Shown in pieces: positions 12,130-23,210 of a stretch of 64,000 nt of DNA (position 1 is the stretch's first letter; every line of letters begins with the position of its first letter). Origin of the DNA: Hemiscyllium ocellatum (Eukaryota); the NCBI RefSeq assembly GCF_020745735.1, contig NC_083424.1:49772999-49836998 (forward strand). The letters are read 5' to 3'. The translations under genes and the position numbers were made by a program. Below the pieces are notes generated by a model. It did not search any database. It was not told where the DNA came from and was given only the letters and a program-made list of their open reading frames with translations.

Positions 12130-12970
12130 CGCAAACACTGCTGTGTTGAAACACCAAACTTTGCTAGCATCGAGGTCAGTTATCTCAGCTCCAGGGCATC
12201 CCTCTAGGAAATCCTCGTGGTAATGTTCTCGGTGGAACCATCGTCAGCTGCTTTCAGTGATCTTCCCTCCATCATAAGGTCAGAAGTGAGCATGATTGCT
12301 GATCATTGCACCATGTTCAGAACCATTTACAACTTTTCAGATACTGAAGCAATCCATGTTCAAATGCAACAAGATCTGGTCAGAGGCTAGGAAAACATAT
12401 AGCGAGTACTTATCCCCTGACTCCTCAAAATCTGTTTATCAATTACAATTCACAAGTCGGGAGTGTGACGGAATAGTCACCACATGCCTGGATGGATGCA
12501 GCTCTAATAACACTGAAGAAACTGGAAACCATCCAGAACAAAGCAGCCTTCTTAACTGGCACCAAATTCAAAAGCATTCATTCCCTCCACCACCAAATCT
12601 CAGTAGCAAAAGTGTGTATTATCGATAAGATGCACTATAGAAACCCAACAAAAGCACTTTCACAGCACCTTCCAAACACAGGACTACTTCCTTTTAAAAA
12701 GGACAAGGGCAGTACATATAAGGGAACACCACGACCTGCAAGTTCCCCTCCAAGCTAATCACAATTCTAACTTGGAAAAATATCACTGTTCTTTCACTGT
12801 CGTCAGGTCAAAATCCTGGAATCCACTCACCACACCACAACCACCCAAGACAGGGTCAAATCACAGCACATAGACCACAATGGTTCATGAAGGCAGCTCA
12901 CCACCTCTCAAGAGAAAATGAGAGATGAGCAATAAATGCTGGCCAGACAGCTATGCCCACGTCCCATGAA
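12130..12970 (+). mobile_element. 3' part of a decayed LINE shared with unit 2 (~45990-46890)
   Basis: LINE RT C-terminal-like sequence ending in an AATAAATG-containing tail; colinear copy in unit 2. Confidence 0.6.
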
Positions 12971-14203
12971 TGATTTTCTTTTTACAAAAACTCTTGCCTG
13001 GATGAGGAAATACTGGTTTGAAAGGATAGCAAGCAGGGATCACATTTAACCTGGAAGAAGTTTACAATTTGTTTGCAAATGCTCTCAAGGTATATGTGAG
13101 TTGTCACTCACAATACTCGGCAGACAGCAGAACTGGGTGATTAGATCTTGAAAACATTGTGGAGAAAGGTTGTGCAAATATTTTTTTCTCTTCATGAATA
13201 AGCCCTCTACCATAAACAAGAATACATCAGCATTAGGTGGAGCAGGGACAATGTGGATCCAGGACCATCTGACATTGGCAACTGGTCAATTAGATTGCTA
13301 TAACTAATGAATATCTACTAAATAATCTGTGCAGTACACAAAATGGCAGGAGAAGTTGCTTTGACCATAAGACATTTTTTTGAATGCCAATTACTGACAA
13401 ACTTACACTCATGAAAATCATTCAACCAAAGGGTTAGTCCGAAATGGTGGATCTGGACTGGTCGGATTGATTCAAATAGTCAATGAAAAGGAAAAGAAAA
13501 TCACATCAGTTAAAGATAGTGAATTAAGACACAACAAAGGTAGTTAACGTCTTGCATAGGGCTGTCAGTTGCTATTTGATTCAGAATTATAGATTGTAAA
13601 CAAAGTATGAGCTTTTAAAAATGAAATGTCTGGTTAAGAGCCTGAAGGAAAACAGCACGAACCCACGATGGGATGGTTATGATGGTGCATCCTATGTAAA
13701 TGAGAGGAGCCGCCAGTTTCTGTGATTAACATAAACAGTGTGGCCTGTTGGAATTATCATAAGATTCAATGAAACAATCTCGGACTGAGATGTCATGTAC
13801 TACACCTGAGGAGTGTGGAAGGGTCTTCATTACATTATTCCATCATACCCAGACTGTGATGACAATTTGCCAGATTGGGGAGGTCTCTGGAATATAAGGC
13901 TGATGAACTACCATGGAAAACAAGAGGCTGGACAGCCTCTGAGGGAGTTGTTTTAGCTGTAAGGACAGGCGATGTGCAATGATACATGTAACATTTAAGA
14001 AGCGTGATACCACTCAGAACGAAGCAGCCTGTTTGATTGTCCTTACATCTGCAAACACTGACTTCCACTAACAGGGACTCTCAGTAGCACCCGTGCGCGC
14101 TATCTACAAAATACTAGAGAAATTCACCAACCTCTTTCGACAGCAGGACAAGGGCAACATATGCACGGGAAAATCGTTATCTACAAATCTTGCTCACCGC
14201 GCA

Positions 14204-14269
14204 CCCCCCCCCCCCCCCCCCCCCACCCACACACACACACACACACACACAACACACACACACACACAC
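14204..14269. repeat. Poly-C run followed by (CA)n microsatellite
   Basis: 21 consecutive C (14204-14224), then an imperfect (CA)n. Confidence 0.9.
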
Positions 14270-15293
14270 CATCCAGACTTGGAAATATATTGCCATTCTT
14301 TCAGTGATGCTGGATAAAAATCCTGGAAGCCTTCATCACAACGTTGGTCCACAGCAGTTGAATAATGTCGTCCACATCATCTTCTCAAAGGCAACTAGAG
14401 ATAGGTAATAAAAGCTGGCCTAGATACCAAAGCCTACAAACCCAGATTTGTTTTCCCCTCACATGAATTAAGTAATTTGCCCCCAAGCAATACGGCATTA
14501 GTATTGGGCATAGGAGCGAAAATGTGCTGGCTGCATTTCTGAAGGAATAATGAGGTATCTTACTCCGTCAATCAAACCTGGGTCACCAGGGAAATGGAAT
14601 TCATTCTGCCCTATTTTGTGATACATCGGCCCTGATGAGACGTACAATGAGCAATCGTCTCGCTATATGAACAGCACTGGGATGGATATCAGCGTGAATC
14701 TCCCCACTGTAGCTGAGACAACTGTGTGTAACTTGTTGTTATCACAATTAGGGATTCCTGGATATAAAAAATACATCTTGGTCCCAGCCCTCTGTCACCC
14801 GCCTGGTGAAAATAAGCCCCGGTTTAAGCCTCGGACCGTGAGCAAACTCCTGTCCTTCCCATTGACATATTCATCTACAACGATTTACACTGAAGATGAT
14901 CCCAGTCCCTCTAAATGTTGGCACACTCAAAACAGCGATTATTTTAGCTGTTCAATCTTGAAATTTGTCTCCGTTATTTGTTTAATGGCTTGGATTTTTT
15001 TTCTCTAGTCTGGTTTCGCCTTCTTTGCCCAACTTGTGCGCACTTTCACTTTCGTTATTCTTTTTTGAATTAGTTACCTTCAGAGCCGTAATATCTGTTT
15101 ATTCAAAGACTCATGCATTGCTCCACTACTCTATGGCTTTCCTCTCCGTTTGTCAATTGCTTGGTGTTCCCTTGCTGAATGCTAAAATCATCGGACGTTG
15201 TACCCTATGAGAGACATTAGACGTCTTTTTTATGTATGCATACATAGATTCACACACACACAATCACCTTCGGTCTTACACATGATATCCCTA

Positions 15294-15357
15294 TCTCTCT
15301 CTCTCTCTCTCTCTCTCTAGCACGCGCCCGCGCGAGCATGCACACACACACACACAC
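15294..15357. repeat. (TC)n, GC-rich spacer, then (CA)n microsatellite
   Basis: Directly visible; absent at the homologous unit 2 position. Confidence 0.9.
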
Positions 15358-15510
15358 CATGCGGGACAGTATGTTTCTTCTGACCGTTGAGCACTTTGCA
15401 CCATGTACTTTCAGGAATCTTTAAGTGCTGAAGTGAAAATGGATTTGACCCATTTTGATAGAAATGAAAGACAATGAAATGAATGCTGCCTTTGACGTTC
15501 GATCAATTGT

Positions 15511-15589
15511 TTTATTGAACTGCTGTGTTGGAATAGATCCACAATGCTTCATTATTTAAGACACAATCACATTGTTCCTGTCTTTTATT
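15511..15589 (-). terminator. Poly(A) signals of the IgL gene
   Basis: AATAAA on the minus strand at 15584-15589 and 15511-15516, ~200 and ~270 nt after the stop. Both are conserved in unit 2 (49316-49321, 49243-49248). Confidence 0.75.
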
Positions 15590-15787
15590 CAGATGTGTAG
15601 TGATGTAAGCTAATAATCATGTTTGTAAAATCCAATTACTTTTACACACGGACGTTTTCAGCACGATGAGCTTTTTTTAGAAATACAAATTAACCAGAGT
15701 ACAAATAATTTCTACCGTATTGTTACATGGGAGGTCTGAACAGGAAAAAACAAGCTTTCTCAATTGAGACAAGTACAGTTTCCGAAA

Positions 15788-16110
15788 TCACATACAGCTC
15801 GATCTCGAGATACTTGTCTGAAACGGAGTTGCCTGAGTCTCATGTTTAACCCCACAAGAGTAAAGATCGTGTGAGTTCCACTCTGAGGCTGACAGGGTCA
15901 GATAGCTGCTCACACTGAACGTACTGTCCGTCTCCTGCTGGATCCGACTGGTCTCCACACCGTTCCCCTTGACACTGCCATCTACCGTCCACTCAATCTC
16001 CACAGCGCCCGGGTTAAAACCGCTCACCAAACACACCAGGGTCGCCGTGTTCTTTTCTGTGATTTGAAGCGATGAAGGCGGAAGGAGGGATACCGATGGT
16101 TTCCGCGGAC
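15788..16110 (-). CDS. IGLC: Immunoglobulin light-chain constant exon, lambda/type II class (C1)
   Basis: Acceptor ...TTTAAACAG|GT at 16111/16110; 323 nt. PRKPSVSLLPPS..ATLVCLVSGFNPG..IEWTVDG..FSVSSYLTLSASEWNSH..YSCGVKHE..SRSSCM*. C1-set Cys/Trp/Cys and the penultimate interchain Cys are present; in frame with the VJ donor (A|GT = Ser). Confidence 0.96.
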
Positions 16111-16370
16111 CTGTTTAAAATAAATTGGGTTCATGTGAGTTCAGAGATGAAGTTTTCTAAACAGGATATTTCTTCCAAGATATTACAACTTAAATTACGT
16201 CAATCATGGACTATACTAAATAATTCACGTCGTTTTGCCTGAATTTTAATGTACTATTTAATGATTGAAGGACTGAATATAAGACGTTTTGGTTTTGGTG
16301 TGACGAAATAAAATTTGGCATTCAATCTCGGATTGGAGTGTGGAAATGGGTCTGACTACGTTTACAGAGA

Positions 16371-16458
16371 CAGCTTCATATGCTGTCTGACCTGCTGTGC
16401 TTTTCCAGCACCACACTCTCGGCTCTAATCTCCAGCATCTGCAGTCCTCACTTTCGCC
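16371..16458 (+). mobile_element. Short PLE terminal fragment in the J-C intron
   Basis: 9-bp TSD TTACAGAGA (16362-16370, 16459-16467); empty site at ~50091 in unit 2. Confidence 0.75.
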
Positions 16459-18232
16459 TTACAGAGAAAATAAATCTATTCTATTTCATAACGGCATCCC
16501 TTGAAAAACAGAAGGAACACTTTAGCACACCTACTGATGACACTGCCATTGAGATATCAAGCTTCCGCCAACTATTGGAAATAGCATTGATAGTATGAAA
16601 GCATTAACATATCTTAAAGTTGTTTTGATCTGCTAACGTGAAGAAATTGTAATCAGCTTTATTACAAGTGGTCCGATCAGCTATTGCAAATGCAAAGCAG
16701 TTGAGTAATAGTCAACTCTCATCTATTCTTGATATTCAATGACATTTCTATCGCATTATACCTTCACTATCAATATTTGATGGTTATCATTGCCCAGAAA
16801 CAGATCTATTGCAGCCATATACTTAAAATGGTTACAAGAAAAGGGCAGTGGCAGGAAACCTGTGATGAATAACGCACGTCCTGATTCCTCCAAGTCTGGT
16901 CGCCATTCAAATGCAGTTTCCACCGCACTCTCCAAGCTAGGAATCTTCCCAGACAAAACAATCTATTTGACTGGCGCCCCATCGACCAGATAAAACATGA
17001 TACCATGTACAAGATGTATTGCCACAACTCATCAAGGCTCTGACAAATAGATGTTCTCAATCCGAAATCTCTACTAACTGGATGGATGTGAAAAGCAGAT
17101 GCATGGGGATATCATCACCTGCAAGTTCTCCTACAAAACATACCCCATCCTGTGCTGGAAATATATCACCGTTAATTCACTATAACCATTTTAAACTCTG
17201 GGTAAACCTTCTCATTTTACACCAGCTCTTCCACACTCCATCCCCCCCCCCCCCCCACCCCATTCCTCCATCGTACACACATACTGTGAAAGAATGGGGT
17301 GCATAAGAAGTCAGCAGAAATACCAACGGAACAGTGTAAACAAACTGACTGCCGATTAGCAATTGTTTTACTTTGTCACCAAGCTCAAAATCTCACCAAT
17401 GCACATTCATGCTGCTTGATTTGGAGATTTATATACCTGGATCTCCTTGAACATGGGTTACCTCGCAGAGATATTATGAAAAGTTAAGTCTATTATTTCA
17501 ATCAATTAAATATTCCCAATTCCACTAATGCAGCATAGATTTTGATTCGGATTCGGCTTTCTCTGCTCAGTGACCTCGAAATCACAAGCATCTAAGATCC
17601 GACTCCAATAGGCGAAAGAATTGGAAATCTCGAGTGGAGTGCATATTCTTATTGCACTTGACCATCTGACAGTATCAATAATCGGAGTAAAATGAGATGA
17701 CCGCGCTCCTGACCTCATGCTCACAATATTCTCAGTTTAACAAGGCTGCGCACTGATTCAGGGTTTCACCAGATTTTATTGATTACAATTTATTCCATTA
17801 TATGCTCCCAATTTATTGCCATCTCGCATACGCTTCTTCAGAGAAGCATTCATGCTTATTTGTGGATCATTTTGAGAATTCAGATGCGCCGTCAATGCGC
17901 AACAACTTTTGAATTCACTCTCCATTAGCATTCGGACAACTTTGTAGCTAAAAGCTGCTATATTCAATGTAACTGTAATAGCAGCTAAGAACATTAATGA
18001 AATCAAGAACACAAAACGGTGAAGCCTAAAGGTGCCTGTCCTGAACAACTGTCACTGGACATCTCTGCAGATGTTTCCAGATTTGTTGGTTTACTCCAGC
18101 AATTTCTGTTCCTGTTTCAGAATTCCAGTGCTCGCAGTTCTGTCTTTATTTAAGGCTCAAGTTACCACCATTTTGGACTTTCCATTACTCTTCATGTTCT
18201 GACAAGGGAGTTTAGGTGGGGTCACCTTTCTC

Positions 18233-18525
18233 GGCACGGTGGCACAGTGGTTAGCATTGCTGCCTCACAGCGCAAGAGACTCGGGTTCAATTCCCTGTGT
18301 GGAGTTTGTACATTCTCCCCGTGTCTGCGTGGGGATGCTCCGGTTTCCTCCCACAGTCCAAAAATATGCAGGTCAGGTGAATTAACCATGCTAAATTGCC
18401 CGTAGTGTAAGGCGCAGGTCGTAAATGTAGTTGAATGGGTCTGGGTGGTTGCGCTTCGGTAGATCGGTGTGGACTTGTTGGGCCGAAGGGCCTGATTCCA
18501 CACTGTCAGTAATCTAATCTAATCT
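18233..18525 (+). mobile_element. tRNA-derived SINE (HE1/V-SINE-like)
   Basis: A box TGGCACAGTGG, B box GGTTCAATTCC, V-SINE-like core and (AATCT)3 tail. Confidence 0.85.
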
Positions 18526-18774
18526 CGTATCGCTCATCTATTCAAGCACGTGGCGCTGGGCACCATTATTTACGTGTGAAAATCGCTACTAAGTCTTTTT
18601 GATAAAATATTAAAGAGACGGGATAAAACATTATTGAGCTCGATCTCCTCACTGCCCGAGGGCCCACTATCGGTCCACTGCCCGGCGACAATCGGAAACA
18701 GAAATCAAGAGTCCTAAATCTGTCATTAAAATAACAAGGAATATGGATTGTGGGCATCTAAAGCAATAAAAGAG

Positions 18775-18930
18775 AAATTTCTGGAGAAACTCAGCAGGTC
18801 CGGTAGCATCTGTGGAGAGAAAGCAGAGTTAACGTCAAGTTCTGAGGAAGAGTGACCGGACTCGAAACGTCAACTCTGTTTTCACTCCACAGGGAATGCC
18901 AGACCTGCTGAATTTCTCGAGTAATTTCTA
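18775..18930. mobile_element. Fold-back PLE terminal-repeat element in the J-C intron
   Basis: ~60-bp imperfect inverted arms (18775-18836 vs ~18866-18928) around a hammerhead core. Confidence 0.75.
18838..18875 (+). ncRNA. Minimal hammerhead ribozyme motif, intact core, antisense to the IgL transcript
   Basis: AGTT-CTGAGGA-A-GAGT(GACCGG)ACTC-GAAAC-GTC-AACT: 4-bp stem I, 4-bp stem II, palindromic ACGT stem III, GUC cleavage triplet. Confidence 0.7.
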
Positions 18931-19218
18931 TGTTTGTCACTTGGACATGTCCCCGTCCTCTGGCACAGAGACTCTGGCGTCAGTTGTTATTGAGGTTGCG
19001 GTTAAGCAGCACATCCCTGGACTCACTCAGCAGAAAACCTTCACAAACCTGCGAGACTGTTCTTAACCAGTTAACGGGGTAACTCTAGATCATTTGGAAT
19101 TAATTTATATTCCATTGTGAACAGCATGTTACAATTACTGCTAAATAAAATATATACCGTACTTTATTCTTCAACTGAATCAAATGTTGAATTCTATAGG
19201 AAAAGAGGTTTTACTCAC

Positions 19219-19566
19219 TGCCCATCCTCAGCTTGGTGCCTGTGCCGAAGTAGTAAATGCTGCTGCTCCATATGGCACAGTAATAGTCCGCGACGTCTCC
19301 CGATTCAACGTTACTGATACTTAACGTTCCTGTGTTGCCGGAGACAGAGCCTGAAAACCGGTCTGGAACACCTGAGGCTCTGTTCGTGCTGCTGCTAGCC
19401 GAGTGATAAAGCAGATACCGAGGAGCATTTCCAGATTTCTGCTGATACCAACGAATGGTAGCGCCTCCTAAGGTGACACCTGACAAGGTGCAACTAATCT
19501 GGACGGTCTCTCCGGGTGAAGTCGATTTTGAAAGCGGTTGATTTACCGTAATCTCTGCGCTCGAAA
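19219..19566 (-). CDS. IGLV: Germline-joined VJ exon of a lambda/type II Ig light chain
   Basis: Acceptor ...TTTTCCCCTCCAG| at 19567, donor GGCA|GTGAGT at 19218. EITVNQP..ISC..IRWYQQK..VPDRFSGS..DVADYYC-AIWSSSIYY-FGTGTKLRMG. V and J are contiguous with no intervening RSS; no stops. Confidence 0.96.
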
Positions 19567-19712
19567 CTGGAGGGGAAAAAAACATCGAAATTCTTACTGC
19601 TGTATACTTTGATCAATTATTGAAACTGTTGAATATATACACACTGGAAAGATCACCCCAAATAATCTTCACAAAATGGATTTCACAGTAATTCTAATAT
19701 GAGAACACCCAC

Positions 19713-19758
19713 CTGCAACGCAGAAAGAGAACACAACAACACGTGCCCAGTCAGACAT
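19713..19758 (-). CDS. IGLV: Leader (signal peptide) exon of the IgL gene
   Basis: CACCATG Kozak; 46 nt encoding MSDWARVVVFSFCVA plus G; donor CAG|GTGGGT; splices in phase 1 to give MSDWARVVVFSFCVAVSSA|EIT. Confidence 0.9.
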
Positions 19759-19834
19759 GGTGAAAAGTTTGACGAGGTTGAGATGCACTGAGAGCTGTTT
19801 AACCAGATGGATTCAGTATCTGAAAGGTTCACTC

Positions 19835-19908
19835 TTTTAATAAGACCTGACACCAAGAGGGTGTTGCCCTCTGCTGTTATGCAAATTAATATTTTCGTCT
19901 CAACCAAT
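19835..19908 (-). promoter_or_regulatory. V-gene promoter: octamer, TATA-like box and CCAAT
   Basis: Sense-strand ATTTGCAT (19879-19886), the usual light-chain orientation, ~120 nt upstream of the ATG. TATTAAAA at 19842-19835; CCAAT at 19904-19908. Confidence 0.8.
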
Positions 19909-21936
19909 CAATCTCTGAAACCCAAAGACAATCTCAAAATCTCTTCAGTGAACAGCAAATACAAGGAAAGTTATGGAAAAGCGAGATGCAGCGGATGCGG
20001 AAATTGCAAGAGTAAAAAGAAAATATCTGTCTATATCAGTGCAGGAAATATCGTGGAGCGAGAAATTGGATCCACGTTTCCTTTTGTGACCTTTCTATTG
20101 ACGCTCAACTTACCAAAAACCTTACCACGCGCCCAGCGTGTGTTCTGTACATTCTATATTGCTAAATTGAATGGGAATACTCGGAACAAGCAACAACAAT
20201 AGATGTCACAAACAGATGTAACATTTCGAGTTCAGAGACTGCTTCATTTCCAGAGAACGTGACACGTTGCCTCTGTTTTTGTTGCTGCCAGACCTGATGT
20301 GCTTCTTCAGTACTGTCTGTGTTTGTTTATGATTTCCAACATCCAAGGAATTTTGTGCTGAAGCTTGCATCGCCTCTTTGGCACATAGACTCAACACCCA
20401 AATGTCGAGGTGATGAGGATCCAGTCCTCCCAGTATTGGCTCCAACTCCATAAACGGGACAATTGGTCACTGGGATGGACAGCTATACTCAAGCACAGCA
20501 TTTCCTGAACTGATATGGCCAGAATTTTCTGTTTATTCTCTGCATTTTAACATCCTCTCCATATTGATTTTGCAATACTTTCGTTTTCTATCACCTTCCT
20601 TGCAGTTACTGCTCGTTGAAGGAATTTTGAGATTGCATTTAGGTTTCACAGACTGAGTGGCTGAGTTGAAAACATCCATTAATTTTTATTTTAAATTATG
20701 GGCCAAAGTCAGGAATATGGGGCAGGCCCACAGATCAACGATATGTCATTAAATTTCGCAACAGGGTTGAAATGATGAATGATCTATTCCAGTTCCGAAG
20801 TTACACAGTTTCTCCATTGAACGGTCATGACACCAAGGAACGTTGTGAAAAGAAAACAGACAAATATGTCACAAATGGATTAAGGAACGGGCACGAACAT
20901 CCAATGGAAATGAAAAACCGAGATGCGGACGTTTTGTGTAACTCACGCGATTTCCGCTGTAGTTAGAATGGTTAATGAAATCCCAATAATGTCTCACACA
21001 CTCAGGATGTTAAGAACAAATCTTTGGATTTGTGACTTAATAGATGATACGTCAGTAACGGAGTAGATGGTGGGTTCTTGCATCCAAAAGGAGCCCGTGA
21101 ATGAGTATGGAATTAAACTGTACAAGTTTTCTTCAGTTTCTGATGAAAGACCACGACAACAAAAGATTGCCTCTTTCTTTCCACAAGAATCTGCGATGCA
21201 AGTTGAGCATTCCCAGAATTTTCCTGTTTTTATTCTGAAGGTTAAATTAATTAAACCTAAGATTCGAGTGTTTTGCAATCTTATCTTTTTATGTTTGATT
21301 CAAGATATGTTGTTGTAAATAGTTGTAGAAATGTATGGAGCCGCCTTCTATTAAAATAAAATAATGTAAGAAGTAAAACATGCTTTTGCCAATAGTTTTG
21401 TAAACTGAGTGAACTTTCAAGTGAACAACGTGTTTTGTACGCATTTGTATTTATTGGAGGATTTCACTTGATATTATGACACAATTCCGTACATAAAATA
21501 TTTTCTAAGATTTCAAGTAGTGACTTATAAGGGCAGTCCGTTGGCTAACCTACTACGTCAAAATCTGAGCTTTGATTTCTTTGCCTCCTGTAGTAGCGTC
21601 ACTTAACTTTTGGCCTAGCGCACACAGCAGGACGAGCTGATCCCTTTGTTGGTTCTTCCTTTATCATCAATATCTGAGATTATAACTCAGGTAAAGCTGT
21701 TGCACCACATTACAACGATCTTAGCTCCGCGCTCAAGGGAGTGCTTGAGGATATTCTCAAAATTGACCAAACACATGAAGCTGTTTTTCAGTCGCCTACC
21801 GATCCTTGTAAGATGGGCCTGATATTAAACTTTTCCGCTTCAAGTTATTGATTCAAACAGAATCCAGCTAGGCATAAACATTCTCGTGGCCCTCCCGAAA
21901 TATGATGTTGGGGAGCCAGATTTTGGTCTGTGGTGG

Positions 21937-22101
21937 ACAAAGTTAAAAATCACACTACACCAGGTTATAGTCCAACAGGTCTATTTGGAAGCGCGAGCTT
22001 TCGGAGCCCTGCTCGTTCATCAGGTAACAGCACTCTGACAACTAGTGCTTTCAAATAGTCCTTTTGGACTAGAACCTGGTGTTGTATGAGTTTTAACTTT
22101 G
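21937..22101. mobile_element. Palindromic MITE-like/PLE-derived fold-back element, shared with unit 2 (~54982-55110)
   Basis: ~60-bp inverted arms; centre has a minus-strand CTGATGA..GAGC(AGG)GCTC-C-GAAAGCTC hammerhead-like motif (~21991-22026). Confidence 0.7.
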
Positions 22102-22909
22102 CCTCCCTAAATATGCATAGATTGGAAATAAGTTGTTTGGGCCTGATTCAGTGCTGGGACCTCGGTGATTTATACAACACATTAATGGCATAATTCAAGT
22201 GAAAATAACAACGTATCGAAGTTGGCTGATAATGCAAAGCCAAATGGGAATGCAGAGTGCAAGGCGGCGGAGGACACAAACAGGCTGAAAATTCATAAAG
22301 AGGGATTGATTGAATCCTAAATAAGCTCAACTTGGACAAACGTGAAGTATTCACTTGGCAGAACAAATAACAAAGCGGAATATTTATAACCTCTATGAAA
22401 AGTCGAAATATTAATGCCCATAACATTTTCAGTATATGAGTACAGAGACAAGTACAACAATTTGTAAAAGAAGGGTTGGGAGAGTAAGAATAAGTCAATC
22501 TCGCTCTAATTGTATAAGAGTAGCCTTTGGGTATGGAAAAAGGTTGTTGGGTGATACAGTGCGTAGTTTCGGTTTCATATTTAAAGAAGGACATCCTTGC
22601 ATTGCAGCTGCTACAGGGAAGCGTCATGTGATAATTTCCTGCAGACACAGGGTTGTGAGGCTGAGTGAATTGCGTCCGTATCTTTTTGAGGTTCTCTGGG
22701 ATGAAAATCTATTTCATTGAAACTTAGTGCATTCTGAGGTAACTTGAGCTGCTCAACATTGAAAAGACGAAGTCCTGTAGTTTTCAGTCCGAATCAGACA
22801 TCATAGTCTCACTTCAAAATGAAATAAGTGACTTTATCTTGTCATCAAACTCTCCTTGTAAAACCATGAAAATTAAACCACTGCAAAGCATTTGCAAAGA
22901 AATTGTGCT

Positions 22910-23210
22910 GATTTAGAGTCATAGAGCCATCGAGATGTACAAGACGGAAACACACTCTTCGGGTCAACTCATCCATGCCGATCAGGTACCCTTACCTAAT
23001 CTAGTCCCATTTGCCAGCACTTGGCCCATATCCTCAAAACCCTTTCTATTCATATACGCATCCAGATGCCTTTTAATTGTACCAGCTTCCACCACTTCTG
23101 CTGGCAGCTCATTCCACACACGCACCACTCTCTGCCTGAAAATGTTGCCCCTTCGGTCCTTTTCATATATTTCGCCTCTCACCCTAAAGCTTTGCCCTCC
23201 AGTTCTGGAC
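22910..23210 (-). mobile_element. CR1 3' end, positionally equivalent to the CR1 at the window start
   Basis: ORF 22982..23182 RGNIFRQRVVRVWNELPAEVVEAG; same downstream backbone (TGCATGTTA..ATAGAATTGTGG). Confidence 0.85.

Larger units (their letters stand above)
1..22930 (-). repeat. Tandem IgL cluster unit 1 (complete L-VJ-C plus downstream spacer)
   Basis: Colinear anchors in three copies: GAAATCACTGG at ~3234/30336/56757, and a 34-bp identical string CTCAGGTTTTGAAACAGTGAAGCTCGATTATCGG at 6038/40176/63385. Confidence 0.9.

Noticed and set aside
16939-16951. NF-kB-like site in the J-C intron (GGGAAGATTCC on the minus strand)
   Set aside because: Imperfect match and not conserved in the unit 2 intron.
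18233-18300. tRNA gene
   Set aside because: A and B boxes are the tRNA-derived head of a SINE, followed by a SINE body and (AATCT)n tail; no complete cloverleaf or acceptor stem.
19100-19300. Recombination signal sequences around V or J
   Set aside because: No CACAGTG heptamer with a spaced nonamer lies between V and J or flanks the exon appropriately; V and J are already fused.
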